From positions 558,001-622,000 of the forward strand of contig NC_027217.1 of the NCBI RefSeq assembly GCF_000981445.1: DNA of 64,000 bases. Reading direction: 5' to 3'. This document shows, one piece after another, positions 12,157 to 24,183 of this stretch; position 1 is the first letter of the stretch, and each line of letters begins with the position of its first letter. A program made the translations under genes and the position numbers. The DNA comes from Babesia bigemina. Its lineage: Eukaryota. Under the pieces are notes generated by a model. The model ran no database searches and had not been told where the DNA came from. It saw only the letters and a program-made list of their open reading frames with translations.

Positions 12157-12894
12157 TTGCATTTTGTAAAATACTCATCAGGGGATCTCATTGGAAACTG
12201 TGACTCCGACTTCAAGACTCACCCCTTCGACCCGTGCAACCTGTGCCTCAAGAGCCGGGCTAAGATGACATTTAGAGACAAGGATTTGCCTATCACATCG
12301 CTACTCGGAAGTGTCATTTCCTCCATCCTCACTCCCAGTTGCGGCGGTAGTGACCCTTTGCTGACATTGTCTGCCTACCTCAATTGCTTAACCAGGCTGA
12401 CGCCGAGTACCACCGGGGAGCTGGTCTCGTTCTTTCACGATTTTGGCATAGAGTTGCACGGTTATGCTTTGAAGTCGTTGTCTCCACTGGGTATCTCTCT
12501 TTCCGCTATACATCCCAACAGTCCCGAATGGGACCGTCTTGATGGCACCGGCCTAGATACTGTCTGTCGCATCCGTGGTTCCGAGTCTCTTAACTCAACG
12601 CATGACCATCTGAAAAGTCTACCTAAACAATTTGGAGACAACTTGGATCATTTACATCGCCATCCACAATTGTTGCCAACTATCTACCATTCGCATGCCC
12701 TCTACCCCCTCGTCTTTGACTACACGATTTTTCACTTCTTGAATGTTCTGCCATGTTCCCAATTGTTTCGACTACCAACGTGTTTCACTTCATCCACATC
12801 ACGACAATACTCGTTCACTGGAAGAGGATACTCCTACCTTGCTACGACATCGACTACTTCAATGACTCCATGGGCGAACATTGTTACATCGTAA
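12157..12894 (+). pseudogene. ves1 (variant erythrocyte surface antigen) family internal fragment / pseudogene
   Basis: FKTHPFDPCNLCLKSR..ILTPSCGGSDPLLTLSAYLNCLTRLTPSTTGELVSFFHDFG is characteristic of B. bigemina/ovata VESA1-type proteins. The ORF opens at TTG, covers only an internal segment, and the similarity decays downstream. Confidence 0.75.
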
Positions 12895-14257
12895 TTATCG
12901 CATCTATGCAATCACAGGTTGCTATATGATGGAATGCAGTGCAGCAGTGATTTAATGTGCTGATGAGGCGTATGCAGTGGGATGTGTAATAGATTCATGA
13001 AACTGTCGTATATACCACTGTGATATTACACACCTATGCCACCTCCACGGCAACACTAAGGTAATGTAATAAAATAGTTCATGGCATAATTAATTCGTGA
13101 GTAAGATAGGTTATAACCCATGCCTATAGCTCGGGAGCGCCATGCTGGGTTTGGGAACGGGCAATCATCCAGGTGGGTGTACAAAATTTGTATACTTGTT
13201 TGGGTTGCTATAAGCGACGTTTTGCGTCTTCATACGAATTTTTGTAAAGCTGCGTCTCGATTCAGTGTCGTAGATCACAGAGGCATGTGTTAGCGCATTA
13301 GCATTGTAGACATACGGTTGGAAGTTGTTGGACCGAACTGGCGGAATCACCTTCCGTTAGAATTCATATCAGCCATATTGGCATAAAGTAACACTGTATG
13401 GGAACGCGGGCAGCCAAAGTTAAGGACTTCTCACGTTCATTGGGACAACAAAACCGATGATTCTCTCAGTCTGCTTCGCGTGGTCGTGGAGTCGCAGGGT
13501 TTGAAACAAAGCATCTGCAGGTTGAAGCCGTACATCAAGTGCTCAAAACAAGGCATTATTTTACAAGCTATGAAATGCCGGGATATTCACACACAACATC
13601 ACCCGCTTACACACCAGTCCCAGACAAGGCAATGCGATGGATTCCATAGCAACCGCATATCACAGTTGATATCAAGAGTGGTTTGAGAAGCAGGAGATAA
13701 CATATCATAGCGTGCAGCCCTAATGTGTCAGTAAACATTTGCAACCAAAGTTGCTGCAACCACTGAAAGCGAGAAGCAATCAAGCCAATCACGGAAGGCG
13801 GTAGAAGCGGTGTATACATGCCTCACCAGAAGACTGCTGTCTAAATAGTAAGAAGGTGCCATTGGACTGTATATACGCTGCGAAATGCTCCCCGCAACCT
13901 ATGGTAACATTTTAACCTTCAACGTTTGTCCAAAGTTGCAACAACACTTATAAGCCTAGTATGGGCGACTAGTGCCGCATATATACGCTTACAATGACTC
14001 GCGCTGGTTGTACTGCATGCCGCGTCAATGGTATCAAGATGGGCGAGGTGGGGCATCTGTGTGATCGCTCCCTTTGCCATAGGTATCTTTGATATCTTAA
14101 TCTTTCTAAATTTAAATTAGAACCCTATTTATTAGGTATAAACTGCCCCTTTGCCTTGATTATTGTTGAATATAAGTCATATTTTTGCAGATCGGCCTGC
14201 AAATAGACCAAGCTCCATTGGGGAATAGTAGCTGCATAGTTAAACTCATTTTTCAAA

Positions 14258-15004
14258 ATGGTGTACACTTCGTTGACTGAAGCTCCTCACAACGTCAAGG
14301 AGGGCATTGACTGGTTGGTAGCCGTGAAGGGAACTGACGCTGAGAAAAATGTGAAGGCAATGGGTGCTGCTGTTTACGAATTGCTCGCTGACAAGCCCGT
14401 TGGTTTCACCGATGTTACGGCTCTCTGGAATGTTAAATTTGCCACTAAGAAGTTCCTGCAGCAGGATGAGATTAAGGACATGTGGCCCGTAAAGGAGCTG
14501 AGCAAGAGGTACTATGAGTTCATGGACAAAAGCCCCGAGGCGATCGCCAAGGCCCCTGCAATGGTCCCCAAAAGCGATTACGAAAACGTCATAAAGACCA
14601 GGGGTCTCACTGCTGAAGTCATTGGACAGAACCTTGGTGAAGTTGTGGAGGGCTGTGAGAAGCTGCTGCAAGGTATCAAGGTACCTGAGCAGTACGAGTC
14701 TGCTTACGGCTCGGAAGCAACCTGGGACGCATCATGCGCTGCGAAACCGGAGGCTTGCGCTGTGGTATTTGTGGGTATTGCGCCAATGCTGTACACCGGC
14801 CTTGGTGCTATGTGGGACGCCAGCCATCTTGAGATGTCGAAGAAGTCAGCGGGTGCTGCCAGGGTTTTGCAAGCCTTGGGCTTCGTTGAGCCGCAATGCC
14901 GTGCTCGTATGACCGTTTCGAATGCGCTCAGGGGTTTGAGGGGTATCGATCTTCACATATTGGACACCCTCTACGACCTTTCTGGATTCTGGGCTTTCTA
15001 CTAA
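14258..15004 (+). CDS. Short ves-related protein (VESA N-terminal-like / ves2-type family), 248 aa
   Basis: MVYTSLTEAPHNVKEGIDWL start, YESAYGSEATWDASC..PEACAVVFVGIAPMLY. Clear paralogue at 61709-62695. Confidence 0.8.
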   Translation: MVYTSLTEAPHNVKEGIDWLVAVKGTDAEKNVKAMGAAVYELLADKPVGFTDVTALWNVKFATKKFLQQDEIKDMWPVKELSKRYYEFMDKSPEAIAKAPAMVPKSDYENVIKTRGLTAEVIGQNLGEVVEGCEKLLQGIKVPEQYESAYGSEATWDASCAAKPEACAVVFVGIAPMLYTGLGAMWDASHLEMSKKSAGAARVLQALGFVEPQCRARMTVSNALRGLRGIDLHILDTLYDLSGFWAFY

Positions 15005-16970
15005 GTGAGCATTGCATGTAACCAGTTAAAGCAAATAGGCATGGGTTTTCCGTCCGTATTACCTCTGAGTTAACATAATTGGAGCAAACGCTAAACGTTG
15101 TTTAATGAATTGTAGCTAGAGCCAAAATTACGTATGCAAAAGTTATCCACAACGCTCCTGCCCTCGAAGGGGGCATACGAACGTTCTGAATACGCGTTTA
15201 ATGTCGTGTACTGCGCGATTTAGCGCGTGATTGTTGCAACTCACCATTTGTATATATTCGTATATCAGACAAGCGTTGTGTGAACTCCAGCAATTTATTA
15301 ATGGCGGTTTGCATTGCTTTACGCCTCACGTATAGGAATGCAAAAACGTACTTAAGACGCATGGCAACTCACACATACGTTGCTCATAAACATTATATAC
15401 CCAACCCATTATAGCAAACCGCGTATAAACCGAATAATGCTACGACCCATCGCCGTCCACAGCTACGGATAGGCGCCATTTTTTATGGCAACAGAAGAAC
15501 AAGCGCATAGAAAGCAGGCGATCAACCTTACTATCACAATGTTGCGTTATGCTGGACGATGCGGCACGCTATTTGCTGCAACGGCAATCAAGGATTTCAA
15601 GCCACGATGGAGATTTAGTCGGGGCGGTGAACTGGCGGGCGAATAAAAGATTCCGAAGGCTAAAAATATTTTACGATGCAGAACGTATTTTTTTTCAATA
15701 ATTGCCATTCTGCGTCACCGGAAATTTATACACAACAGGGGCACGGTGAAAATTATGTACCACGTATCCACTTTTCTTGTTGCCGACGCATGTAGACACC
15801 GACAAATCCGCGACATAATTGCGACCAATGGCTTCTAACGCCTGTAACTCCTACATCTAACAGACAATATAAGGCGAGAGGGTTGGTATTGCAATGATGA
15901 AGCAAATTTGCAGCAGATTCACCAACCATGGGGATCGTAAGGTAACTTCTTTCGAGATGAAACGTCACTTAGTGCTCATCGTGTAATTATTATCCACAAG
16001 TAAGCAGGTAATACGACGCACATCCAAATTTGAGTTAGGCCGATTAGACGCTGCTGGTGACCCCGCCTCGTAGCACAATACAAACAGACGCATTCGTGTA
16101 CCAAGCATCGTGTGAAGTGTTCTTATCATGAACACAGGATTATAAACTGGGTATTAAAGGCCAAATCAGATTAAAATTCCGGTAACCGAAAAAACGTTAC
16201 CGTGCGATCATTGTTCCGGGAAGCAGCAATTTGGACTGCGCTTTTCATCTATCCTCTTAGCGACCAAACCCAAGACACTGCCGCCGTCGACTATCACTGC
16301 ATCATCGTTACATTGCATCTGTGGTCTGAACCGAAAGACCAGAACGTCCTGTGCAACTCCGGCGCTCTCTGACTCTCCTCGCAGATGTCATTAAATGAGC
16401 AGGGCTCTCGTCGATGGCGTCGATGGCCTCGATGACCTTCATGAGGCGCCTTCACTGCACTCAAAATGCAGTGATATAACGACAGGGTTGCTCATCCCCC
16501 GAGAAGTGACGGCCACCATCTACTGCATTGCCTGTTGTACTCTCCGATTTCGTATGAAGCAACTGGGATGTATTTCTACTCCACCCTTTGCCCGCCTCTG
16601 CTATCGGTTTGCGATTAAACATGCTTTCCATCAAGTTCAACACCCGCCTCACGTCGGCCCAGATGACAGTTTTGAGTACCACATATCTCCTCCGCTGTGC
16701 ATGCCCATAACGACATCGACTACACAACCAGTTAACGTTATAGTACCGCTTGTGCGTGTAAAACCAGTTTGGCATAACAATTGACGCTTAACACCAACCA
16801 TTCTGACCAAAAGGCGACGGCATACCGGTAATTGAGAATCGCGGATGTAGACAACTTGCAACAGTGCCAACATACAGTTGGGATAACGCTAAAAAACCGG
16901 TTTGTTGTCGGCAGTATTGATAGAATAAAAGTTCCGACTTACTATTGCAGTACCTGTTCAGGCCACTGTG

Positions 16971-18514
16971 TCACTTAGAATCAGAGTGCTTATCGGAGCC
17001 TGAGCGGCTAGTGCCTGGCTTCTTGCGGGACGGGCGGTCGAACGTCTGCTGCGTCCCGGCGGGAGTGAACTTTTCGGGCACCTTGTTCCACGGCATGTCG
17101 AAACGTGTCGTATCCTCGGCCGTCAGGTGCGTGTGCTTCACTTGCCCCATCTTGCCGTACAGCCCCCGACGCACCTGCATCGACTTGGGCATCAGCGACT
17201 TATCTATCCGGTCATCCGCCGTCGGGGCGTTGAAATCGCGGTTGTACAGAGGCTCGGAACCGTCGTCAAGCTTGTCCATAAAGAAGGCACCCTTGTGGTA
17301 GTACTTCTGCAGGAACAACATCTTGCTCCGCGGAGCGCGTTGCACCTTCTCCCGGTCGATACGTTCGTCGTCCGCCAGTCGTTCCTCCTCGGTCATGTGT
17401 CGACGCCGCTCTACTTCAGCCGCCTGCGAATGGTGAAACGCCGACACGTATCGCGCTAAACTAACCAGACGCTCGTGAGCAGTTCGCTCATCACGGTCGC
17501 GAAGCACGCGCTTCAGCTCGCGAATCTTCCAGAGCTCATATTCCTTCTCAGTCAACTCGTCAGTATCGTCGACCACTTCCACAGCGTTCTCAACCTCTTG
17601 CTGCGTTTCTGCGGCCACCAGAGTTTGTACCAGCAGCTCTTTGCTCTGCTTCTGCCGCTCGAGGGCGCGCTGACGTTCGCACTCCAGACGCCGTTGCTCT
17701 TCCCTCTCGAGCTCTTGCTTCTCCAGCACTGTCAAACGCCGGTTCTTTGGCACAAACACAGGTTTTTCAAGCACTCCCGAGTGCTCCTTCGATTCTTGAA
17801 TACTGATGTGTTCGGAGCCATCGGCATCGTCGTCTGAGTCCGAGTACTCCTCCTCCTCACCATCTACCGAGGCAACCCGATCCTCGTGATCACCAGCGAC
17901 TGCCTCCTCCTCTCTACGATACGCCATCGCTCGCGAACGGATGGCAGCACGGTTGCGTGGAGCCTCCACGACCTCTGACGTGTTCGCGACACTGCCGTCG
18001 CCGTCGCCGACGGCGGCACCTGCGAGCCCTGGCGAAGATGGTTGCGGCGCCTCATAATCCTGGTCAAACGTGTACGGTTAATGGCATCCTTGCTTACCGC
18101 ATTGTGCTCCGGCTCGCGATCTATCACGATGGTTGCAGCGGGAGCCCGGCGACGACCAGAACGGGCAGCAACGTCACCCGATTCTGCAGTCGAATGCAAC
18201 AACGTCCGAACCATCAAACGTACCAGACGCTGTGGCGTACCGCGAATAGCGGCGGTCATTCTCTAAGGCCGCCTGAGCCACCTCAGGCGCTGCGTCAGAC
18301 TCATCGTCGCTGGAGGCTGGGAGATCAGCTGCGTACTCAGGTGCCTAATAACGTTGATATCGGATTGACAGATCATTTTCATTACCTTTCCTGGCCAGTA
18401 GCGGGTCGCCCGGGGAGCCTGGGAAACTCGGCGCCGCTTGAGCGCATCTCGCGACGGACTGGGCGGACGGTTGAGGTCTTCGCCCAAAAAACGGAAGAGC
18501 TCGAGCGCGCTCAT
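16971..18514 (-). CDS. MFAP1: Microfibrillar-associated protein 1 / spliceosomal Spp381-like, 5 exons
   Basis: ATG at 18514 (MSALELF..RYWPGK|APEYA), intron 18345-18385 plus three further short introns. Motifs KPVFVPK, YELWKIRELKR, FLQKYYHKGAFF, GQVKHTHL. Confidence 0.9.
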
Positions 18515-18655
18515 GGCCGCATTACAGAACGTATTTCACACGAGCACAAACAACACCCAGGGAGGGCTGTGCAGCGGCCTTGGGCGGCTGACGCGCCAAG
18601 CACACGACGTCTCGCACAACGGAGCAATAGACAGAGTACATTCAGCATTGAGCGA

Positions 18656-21600
18656 CTAAAACGTTCCCATGCGGCTAGAAAATATAGTAGATGCAGCCTT
18701 CTCAACGCCTGAGGCGCGCAGGGCCTCGGGGAACACCAAGTTGACCGCCACCGGGTATGCGCGGCGGCACATCCCCGCCGTAAGGTGGGTCGCCGTGGCC
18801 AAGCAGCGCATATACGCTTCGCTGGCTCCGGAGTCGGCGCCACCCGAGCCGCCGTCTGCGCGGAAACAGCAACTCAGCGCTGCCGGAAGCGACAGCGTGG
18901 CGACCTTCCACCGGGCGCACAGGCTGAGGATCCGGTCCAGCCCTGACAGCACCGGGCGCATGCGTTCGGACTGTCGGAGGATGCTCTCGTGGCTTCCAGG
19001 GTCCAGGAGCGGATGGGAGGCGGCGTCTGCGCCCTCGCAGCACACGATGTAGAACACCAGCGATACCGACCCGCGATCCAGGTGACTCGACCACTGACTG
19101 CCCAAGCACAGGTTGCTGTGGCGGGAGACGAACACGTTGCCCAAACGGGTTGTGTCGATCTCAGCGGAGCCGCCGCAACAGGGCCCGTGACTAGCCTTGC
19201 TCTTGTCCGCGGGCTCCTTCTTGCTGAGAGGTGCCGGTCCCGCCTGCCGGCAACCAACCCGGCACACACGGCACCTGGCGTCCTGACAGTTATTGCCCCC
19301 CATGTCAACGCAGCCGGTTGCACCCAGCTCGCAACACGCACCAACGCGGTCCACGTCACCCCCGTCGCCGCGGGGCGAAGCATCACATTTGCCGTGGCGT
19401 TTCGCACTGCGCACCCTGGCGCCATATTTAACGTCAACGCAGGCGAAACGGTGCTGCTCGTAGAGCGGCGGGAACACGTAATCGGTGAGGCAGTCGCAAA
19501 TCTCACCCATGGTGCGGTAAGCATCGCTGAGCTCGATGGGGCCGCAGTGAATCGGTATTACCACCGCATTGACCGGGGTTGAGGCGCATGCGATTGGCAG
19601 CACATCAGCGGGAGCGCCAGAGTGAGGGCTCACCTTGGGATGGGGGCCCCTATCGGGACCGGCCGCCGCTACGCCGTCGCCGCCAAACAGCGACTGCACC
19701 CAACCGTAGCTGCTGCCACCATGGCCGCTGGAAGACCGCATCGTGTATTTTATCGGGATGTGGTTGCGGAAGTCGCACGTGGAGCGCAGCGGCAGAAAGT
19801 CCCAGCTGTCGGCATACCCACCGGAGTCGTACCTCACGCGAGGCTCGACCAACGCGCGGTCGGCGAGGAGGCGTGATAGGTGGAGACCGGTCAGGGCGTT
19901 GAACGCTGACAGCCGGTGCCGCCACACCGCGCTGTGCAGATAGTCGGCGTCCCCCCGCTTATCTGGCTCCTCATCGTCCGCAGGCGCCAACACGTCACGG
20001 ATGGATCTCCAGTTGAATACCGCCGCGCACTCGGGAACTGACCTAGATGGCGAATACGACAGCGTAGGGAACCAGGTATGGATAATCTTGTCAATCTCGT
20101 CACTGGCCAGGTCCTCCGTAAGCAACGCGCGCAGCACCGCCTCAGGCCCGCTGCGAAGCTGCGCGGTGGGTTTGACGTCCTCCCTCAGGCCGGGATCCCC
20201 CATGAAAGTGCCGTCCGCATGGGACGCTAGTAGCGAGCCCAGATCCACACTCTCCGTCGCGCCAGGCTGGTTCAAAAACAGATCACGCAACGAGCCGTTG
20301 CTGAAGCAAACCAGCTTGCGACGGCCGCCTGGCGCGGTTGGAAGGCACCTCAGAGCGTCGACAACGGTCAGGTTGGTGCGGAGCAGCATTGCGACATAGC
20401 GGTTCTTCGAAGCCCACGCAGGCAACCCATCCCCGAACGAGCTGCGGGCGCTGCGCGACGGCACCGAGTTCACAGACGAAACGTCGGATGTGACGCGAGC
20501 CGTGGACGTCTGGTGGTAGCGATCACGGCCGGCGTCGCGCTTAACCAAACGGACTGCGGCGCCCGCAGAGGAGTCGATGGACGCCGAGGCACCCTGGGTC
20601 TCACCGACGGCGGGCGGATCACGTAAGCAGTGCACCGTCGCGTCCAGGTAATCGTCGCTGTGAATGGGCGTGCTGGCTGAGGCCCTCACGACTCGGGGTA
20701 GTAGACGGTTGCTCAGGTCACTTACCCGGCTCACGTAGTCCAAAGAGCTCTCCTCGCTGATGCCGCGGCTCTGGCAGTAGTCGGTCACCACGTCGACCGC
20801 TTCGGCGAACAGCTCGGTGTAATCCGCAGGGCACTCGTCCTCGTAGCATTCCGCGTCTTCGTCGGCCACGTCGAGCGTGCACTCGAGAACACCGTCGACT
20901 GAGGTGGTCCGGAACGAACCGAACGGCGAGAGTTCGGCCTGGTCACCGGATGGCGAACCCCTGTTTGTCGCACCTTGGGAGCCGCTCACAGCATCCGTTT
21001 CACCGACGTAAGTGGCGCCTGCCCTGAGGGGCGCGGAGTCCTTGGACGTGCGCTGCTGCTGCTCACCGGGCTCCTCGCCCGACGACATCACCAGGCTGCG
21101 CTCAGCTTCACATTCCTCGACGAAGACTAAGGCGCGTGGTACCGGTAGAGTGCTCAGATCCGCGACCGCCGACACGACGTAATGGCGGAACTCAGATAGG
21201 TTGCGGTCACGCAGCGCGACCAGCTTGGACGACCAGATGGACACCAGCTTCCCGTAACGCTCGGAATCCACGGCGAAGTCGCTGTGAGTAACCATGCCCT
21301 GGCGTGGCGTGCTGCGGGCACACGAATCCTCCTCGAGCATCAGCAGTGAGTTGGTCCGCAGAAGGTTCAGCTGGACCTCCATGCGCACCAAGCGGTTGTA
21401 AGCACGACAAACGTCCGCGTACACGCGGCGAAAATTGTCGTCGAAGGCGATCCACTGCCGCAAAAGCGTGGCGACTGCCGCATGCGGATCACGGCCGCCG
21501 TTTCCGCCACTAGCATCACCAACAGCCTTGGCGCCGCCGCAGCCCTGGTCGGCATCCATACTCAGCAGGAGGTGCAGTTGCCTTCGCCGGAACTCCTGTC

Positions 21601-22248
21601 CGAAGCTCAGGCGCTCGAGAGCATCCAGATGCGCGAGCGTGCGCCCCAACCACCGCAACGCGCAGTGGTACGAGGCGTCGGCCTCCCCTGGCAACAAGCC
21701 CACGGCGTCGGGTGGACTCGGGCACGATGCGCCGGACCCGTCCGCTACAGTCGCCGCCGCAACCTGCCCTGATACGCCGTATCTATTGACCATCGAAGGG
21801 GATATTGGCGGCACGGCGTCAGCAGGCTTAGCGTCACCCCCAGAGTGCCGCGGTGAAACGGTCGTGCCGATGCCGCAAACGTCGACCCAGTCATGCATAC
21901 GAGGTTTTGTGGATTGGCTTGCGGTCGTGGCACCCTCACTGCGCGGCACAGCACCATCCGCGTTGGCGCCAGCGACCTCGACCGTAAGGGCGCAGCAACG
22001 GCATTTGCATACGGGGTCTTCAATGCGGCGTAACCATTCATGGGCCAAGGGCGATAGGCGGCAGCGTGGACGGTCCTCATCCGCCTTGAACCCGGCGGGC
22101 AGCCACGCCGGCACGTATCCGGCTTTCATAGTTCCGCTGGCAAAGTTCAAAGCAGGCCGAACGGCCAGACCAACGACGAGTTAGACATACACCCTCGAGA
22201 ATAACCTGCAGTTTCACCAAATAGGCTTCCAGCTTCGAAGTTACTCAT
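18656..22248 (-). CDS. C12orf4/FERRY3-like (DUF2362) protein with long insertions; first short exon tentative
   Basis: 1164-aa ORF whose C-terminal blocks TDYVFPPLYEQ, GNVFVSRHSNL, LVFYIV and PVLSGLDRILSLCARWKVATLSLP parallel the C12orf4 C-terminus. Candidate first exon from ATG 22248; alternative start near 22129. Confidence 0.55.
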
Positions 22249-22771
22249 GCATTACGCAATAATAAACGCAATCCACGTGCAGGAGATGGGTCGCCTGGAC
22301 CGAATGGGCGGAGCGAACACCGGCCGAGCAGCGCAGCCCAGTATCAAATGTGTAACTCGATTGGGTGGAAAACAATCCGCTAAATTAATTTACATACTCA
22401 AATTGCCTGTTCGGTGCAATGTGTGATACAGGCGTACTGCACAGCGAGCCCGTATGGCTGCTACTGCAGAGTGAAGCAACGTTTCTAGGAGGCGGAGAGT
22501 CGGGGCATACATAGAGGGCCTGAGGCGCCAATTTTCGGAGATTTTGCCCACAGACAACCGTAACACGCGCCAAAAGACGCAGATACATACAATATTTCAA
22601 ATATTTAGTACAGTGCAGTTGATTCAGTTCCGTCGGTAGGCGGGCCTTGGAGGAGCCCTCTCACACGCGCTCCGCGTTCCTCACGCAAACTGAGAGCCGC
22701 ACTACTAACTGCGATAGCGGCGAAGCACGCCGCGTAGTACTGATACGCTCCGAAAGTCGCTTCTAACCCTA

Positions 22772-23136
22772 TCAGCGGCGGCGGTTGTGGAACTGCGGCG
22801 GAACTGGCTGGGGCAGCACGGCCTGCTTATTGCGGTCCTTCGCGCTCTGCTTGAACATCGGCGCGTGTCGCAGCATGTCGGGGAAAATCATGAAGCGGAT
22901 CTGGCCGCCGCGCAGGAAGACCTGCTCCAGGGCCAATGTCTTCCCGTCCTTCATTACCATGGTCACACCTTCGAGCAGGCAGTTCATGTTGTCCTCCACA
23001 TTGATCTGACAGCAATGTATCAAACGACGCGGTAACCAACCAGGGTGCCACGGTAGAGCTGCGAGTTCTGCATCTCGGCAGTCACGATGTGGCCGATGCC
23101 CTCGTACAGAAGCTTCACAGGCGTGCCTATCGACAT
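22772..23136 (-). CDS. SNRPD3: Small nuclear ribonucleoprotein Sm D3, 2 exons
   Basis: MSIGTPVKLLYEGIGHIVT..YRGTL, 35-nt intron 23006-23040, then INVEDNMNC..LEQVFLRGGQIRFMIFPDMLRHAPMF. Confidence 0.93.
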
Positions 23137-24183
23137 TTTTTTGCGATTTGGGTAATCAAGTTGGCGCTAGCAGACGAATCTCGAAAGATCACAAGCGACA
23201 CGGGCAATGCGGCTGCCCTGGATTCCGGCGTAACTCGGGCGACGGGCAAATCCCGGCGAAGTGCAAACTGAAATACTCGTTTTGGCTACGTTATAATATC
23301 ACCATCTACTGCCTTCGACTGTTTCTGCCGAACGTGCGGGGTAGGATGGGCACGCCCGGTGAGGCCGCGAAAAGACCATGGGGGCAGGGTCAGACGCCGT
23401 GCTGAATGCAACCAGCACACATTCACAGCCTGCACATTGCAGCGGGTTTATATCGACATGACTTCTATGCACTGACGTCTGGAGTGATCGCCAGGAGGGT
23501 GTGATCGTGGACCAACGTCGGTCTAGCGTAACGGAACACAGTCGTGATTCCTGGGCAAACCGTGGCCATACGCCGCGTAGCGTGATGTGTTGTTGCTGCT
23601 GGAGGGTGTATTAAGTTAAAATGTGTCAGGGAGCGGCGCAAGCGCGTCACAGTTGGCAGACCGTGCGACGGCCCCGGGACTTACGCAAGCGGCGCCCCAA
23701 TGGCTCCGGAAAACGAACTCGCCACTAGCGACGTGATTTGTTCACAATATCACACATCGCCCCAACGAGACGCGGCCGGAACCGCATCGGCATCCGGATG
23801 TGGATCTCGCAGCGCGGCCGGCGTACGGCGTCGTGACCGAGACACTACGGGGGGTATCGCGTTGCAAGCACTCGCCACTCGTAGACACTGCACTGTAAAA
23901 TAGCGAAGCCGCGATGTGCCATCTGCAGGGCCGATATGGCGTGATCGCGGCCCGGGAAGTACACTAGCACTGTGCGCCTTGTTGAGCGCTCGAGCCAACA
24001 GTGACAAAGTGCTGACATACTGATACGAGCAGAATGCCTTCAATAGCGAGGATCAGTACCTATACTGTTGTAGAATTTTGAGTAAGCGATTCGGCGCCGT
24101 TCATACGCCGCTGCCTCTCTTTCTAGACATCACTAGACGCTGTGGCGATCAGATACCCTGAGCCAGAGAACTACAGCGCCGCC

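Noticed and set aside
16200..16900. Short ORFs on both strands, possibly a small spliced gene
   Set aside because: Could not build a convincing exon chain or recognise a motif; left unannotated.
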